Shown here piece after piece: positions 61,601 through 64,000 of a stretch of DNA of 64,000 nucleotides. Numbering within the stretch: position 1 is the stretch's first letter; the number at the start of each line of letters is the position of its first letter. Made by a program: the position numbers and the translations under genes. The stretch is from an uncultured Clostridium sp. (lineage in GTDB: Bacteria; Bacillota; Clostridia; TANB77; CAG-508), in the NCBI GenBank assembly GCA_900553945.1, contig USFR01000006.1:52948-116947 (forward strand), in the 5' to 3' direction. The notes beneath the pieces are model-generated. The model searched no databases and had not been told where the DNA came from. It saw only the letters and a list, made by a program, of their open reading frames with translations.

Positions 61601-63799
61601 TTATTTAACAACTCTTAACCTCAATGCATTCAATACTACAAACAAGCTACTGAATACCATTGCAAGTGCCGCAAGCATTGGATTCATACTTACTCCTAAA
61701 CCAACGAACACACCCATAGCAATTGGTATCATACAAATATTATAGAAAAAAGCCCAAAACAAATTACCACTAATATTTCGAATAGTTTTAGAACTAATTC
61801 TAATCAAATCATTAATTCTATCCAAATTATCATTCATAATAACAACCTGTGCAGAATCCATAGCAATATCAGTACCTGAAGAAACAGAAACACCAATATC
61901 TGCTTTAACTAAACTAACACTATCATTAATTCCATCTCCACACATCATAACCAAGCCATCTTTTTTAAACTTCTCAACATACTCAGCCTTTTGACTTGGC
62001 ATAACATTAGCTACAACAGTCTCAATTCCAACATTTTCAGCTATTTTCTTTGCAGTTACTTCATTATCTCCTGTAAGCATAACAACATTTATATTCTTCT
62101 TTTTCAAAGAAGAAATAACCTCAGAAACATTTTCTTTAACAACATCTTTAACGCCAATTAAAGCAACAACTTTATTATTCGAACTTACATATAAAATACT
62201 ATTTCCGTCATTTACTAACTCATCAAAATCAGACTCATTCACAGAAATATTATTAGCATCCATTAATCTCTTGTTTCCAATTAAAACATCATAATTTTCA
62301 ACAACAGCAAAAACGCCTTGACCTGAAATAGCTTTAAATTCCTTTACTTCATCAAAATCAATATTTCTCTTTTCAGCCTCTTCCACTATTGCTTTTGCAA
62401 TTGGATGTTCAGATTTCTTTTCAACTCCCGCAATGATTTTAAAAATATCATCATCATTCAAATCACTATAATTGTACATTTTTGAAAAACTCAATGTTCC
62501 TTTTGTTAAAGTTCCAGTTTTATCAAAAATAACAGTTTTAACTTTGTGCGCATTTTCTAAGCTCTCACTATTTTTTACTAATATCCCTTTTTTACTACAA
62601 ACACCAGAAGCAATAACAATAGCAAGTGGTGTTGCCAAACCTAAACTACATGGACAAGCCACAACTAAAACAGTTATAAAATAATTTAACGCAACAGCAA
62701 AATTTCTTTCAATCACTAACCACACAATAAAGGTAATAATAGCAATTGCAATAACTATAGGAACAAACACACTACTAACTTTATCAGCCAACTTTGAAAT
62801 AGGAGCCTTTGTATTTGTAGCCTCAACAACCATTCTAACAATTTCAGAAACAGTTGATTCTTTGCCTATTTTTTCAGCTTTATATTTAATTGCCCCCTCA
62901 TAATTAATACTACCAGCAATAACCTTAGAGCCAATTTCAACCTTAGCTGGAACACTTTCTCCTGTTATAAAAGACTCATTTACATGAGAAATTCCATCAG
63001 TTACTGTACCATCCACTGCAATCTTTTCACCAGGTCTGCAAATAACAATATCTCCTTTTTCTATTTCATCTAATGTGACATTAGTTTCTTTGCCATCTCT
63101 TTCAATAACAGCAGAATTAGGAGTTATTGTCATCAACTCTTGAATTGCTTCTTTAGTTTTATCTGTATTTATTCCTTCAACATATTTTCCAATCTTTATA
63201 AAGAAAATAACTATAGCTGCTGATTCATAATAAAGCGAATGCACAAAACTCGCATCACCTAAAAAAATCTGTACAGTTTCATATAAACTATAAATAAAAC
63301 TAGCAAATACTCCTATTGTTACTAATGTATCCATATTAGGAGTTCCGTGCATTAAATTTTTAATACCATTTTTTAAAATATTATATCCCAATCCTAATAC
63401 AATGGTTGTTAGAACTAGCAATAAAACAGCATAATTTAATGGATGTTCCATCATACTAATTAAAGAAATATTCGGTAATCTAATCATATGAGCCATGGAA
63501 ACATACAAAATTAAAATTGAAAAAATTGATGTCAAAATTAAATTAATTTTTTCTCCAGATTTTTTTCTCTCTTCCTTTTTCAAATTATCTATTCCTAAAC
63601 TTTCAAAACCAGCTTTATCAACAAATTTTTCTATATCTTTTAAAGATAATTTTTTATCATCATACTCTATACTAGCATTATTCATTACCAAATTAACATT
63701 AGCTCGAACAACGCCATCTTGCTTATTCAAGTATTTTTCTAATCCGCTAGAACAAGCACTACAAGTCATTCCTCCAATTTTTAATAAAACTTTCTTCAA
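61601..63799 (-). CDS. copA: Copper-translocating P-type ATPase
   Basis: N-terminal HMA domain GMTCSACSS, TM CPC motif, phosphorylation site DKTGTLT, GDGINDS hinge. Confidence 0.95.
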   Translation of the reverse strand: MKKVLLKIGGMTCSACSSGLEKYLNKQDGVVRANVNLVMNNASIEYDDKKLSLKDIEKFVDKAGFESLGIDNLKKEERKKSGEKINLILTSIFSILILYVSMAHMIRLPNISLISMMEHPLNYAVLLLVLTTIVLGLGYNILKNGIKNLMHGTPNMDTLVTIGVFASFIYSLYETVQIFLGDASFVHSLYYESAAIVIFFIKIGKYVEGINTDKTKEAIQELMTITPNSAVIERDGKETNVTLDEIEKGDIVICRPGEKIAVDGTVTDGISHVNESFITGESVPAKVEIGSKVIAGSINYEGAIKYKAEKIGKESTVSEIVRMVVEATNTKAPISKLADKVSSVFVPIVIAIAIITFIVWLVIERNFAVALNYFITVLVVACPCSLGLATPLAIVIASGVCSKKGILVKNSESLENAHKVKTVIFDKTGTLTKGTLSFSKMYNYSDLNDDDIFKIIAGVEKKSEHPIAKAIVEEAEKRNIDFDEVKEFKAISGQGVFAVVENYDVLIGNKRLMDANNISVNESDFDELVNDGNSILYVSSNNKVVALIGVKDVVKENVSEVISSLKKKNINVVMLTGDNEVTAKKIAENVGIETVVANVMPSQKAEYVEKFKKDGLVMMCGDGINDSVSLVKADIGVSVSSGTDIAMDSAQVVIMNDNLDRINDLIRISSKTIRNISGNLFWAFFYNICMIPIAMGVFVGLGVSMNPMLAALAMVFSSLFVVLNALRLRVVK

Positions 63800-63812
63800 A
63801 GTAATTCTCTCC

Positions 63813-64000
63813 TTTATTTAACTTTAAATCCAGCATCAACAATTGCAGATTTTATATCTTCAGCTTTTAATTTACTATCATACTCTATTTTAGCAATTCC
63901 TGTTTCAAAACTAACCGCTGCTTTTGAAACGCCATCTAAATTACTTAAAACCTTTTGTAGTCTTGTACTACATCCTGTACAATGCATTCCTTCAATATTT
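63813..64000 (-). CDS. copZ: Copper chaperone CopZ (heavy-metal-associated domain); 5' end lies beyond the window
   Basis: Minus-strand translation ...IEGMHCTGCSTRLQKVLSNLDGVSKAAVSFETGIAKIEYDSKLKAEDIKSAIVDAGFKVK*. Confidence 0.8.

Noticed and set aside
1-64000. CRISPR arrays, rRNA or tRNA genes
   Set aside because: No regularly spaced identical short repeats with unique spacers and no cloverleaf-like GC-rich 75-90-nt segments were seen. The repeats present are palindromic MITE-like elements or promoter-associated direct repeats.

Overview
AT-rich (roughly 28-30% GC) chromosomal segment of a spore-forming, Clostridia-like Firmicute, with almost every gene on the minus strand. Core content: secA, murD, uvrB/uvrA, rubrerythrin, a Streptococcus-type fatty-acid biosynthesis cluster (acyl-CoA ligase, BPL, fabD-fabG-fabF-accB-fabZ-accCDA-fabI), folC, patatin, tcdA, copA/copZ, and a Bce-like two-component system plus FtsX-type ABC peptide-detoxification module. 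The most striking feature is a ~7.4 kb integrative island (about 7047-14505) inserted into the 3' end of secA. It is bounded by an imperfect ~48 bp direct repeat that duplicates the SecA C-terminal zinc-finger codons, and it carries two paralogous tyrosine integrases, an excisionase, a truncated AAA_25 replication ATPase and a NUDIX / MBL-fold / NUDIX hydrolase cargo operon. Three GC-elevated (about 36-40%) single-gene insertions look horizontally acquired: a 4-TM membrane protein downstream of murD, a 139-aa protein that splits uvrB from uvrA, and a RelA/SpoT-domain small-alarmone-synthetase-like protein next to an ATP-grasp + GNAT operon. Other unexplained structure: a family of 120-170 bp palindromic MITE-like elements, two copies of which show compensatory stem changes; a ~170-nt leader shared by two unlinked nucleotide-metabolism genes; and a DUF2130-like Zn-ribbon/coiled-coil/PD-(D/E)xK protein beside a RhuM-family gene. 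No rRNA, tRNA or CRISPR array was recognised. All calls come from reading motifs by eye; no database search was possible.
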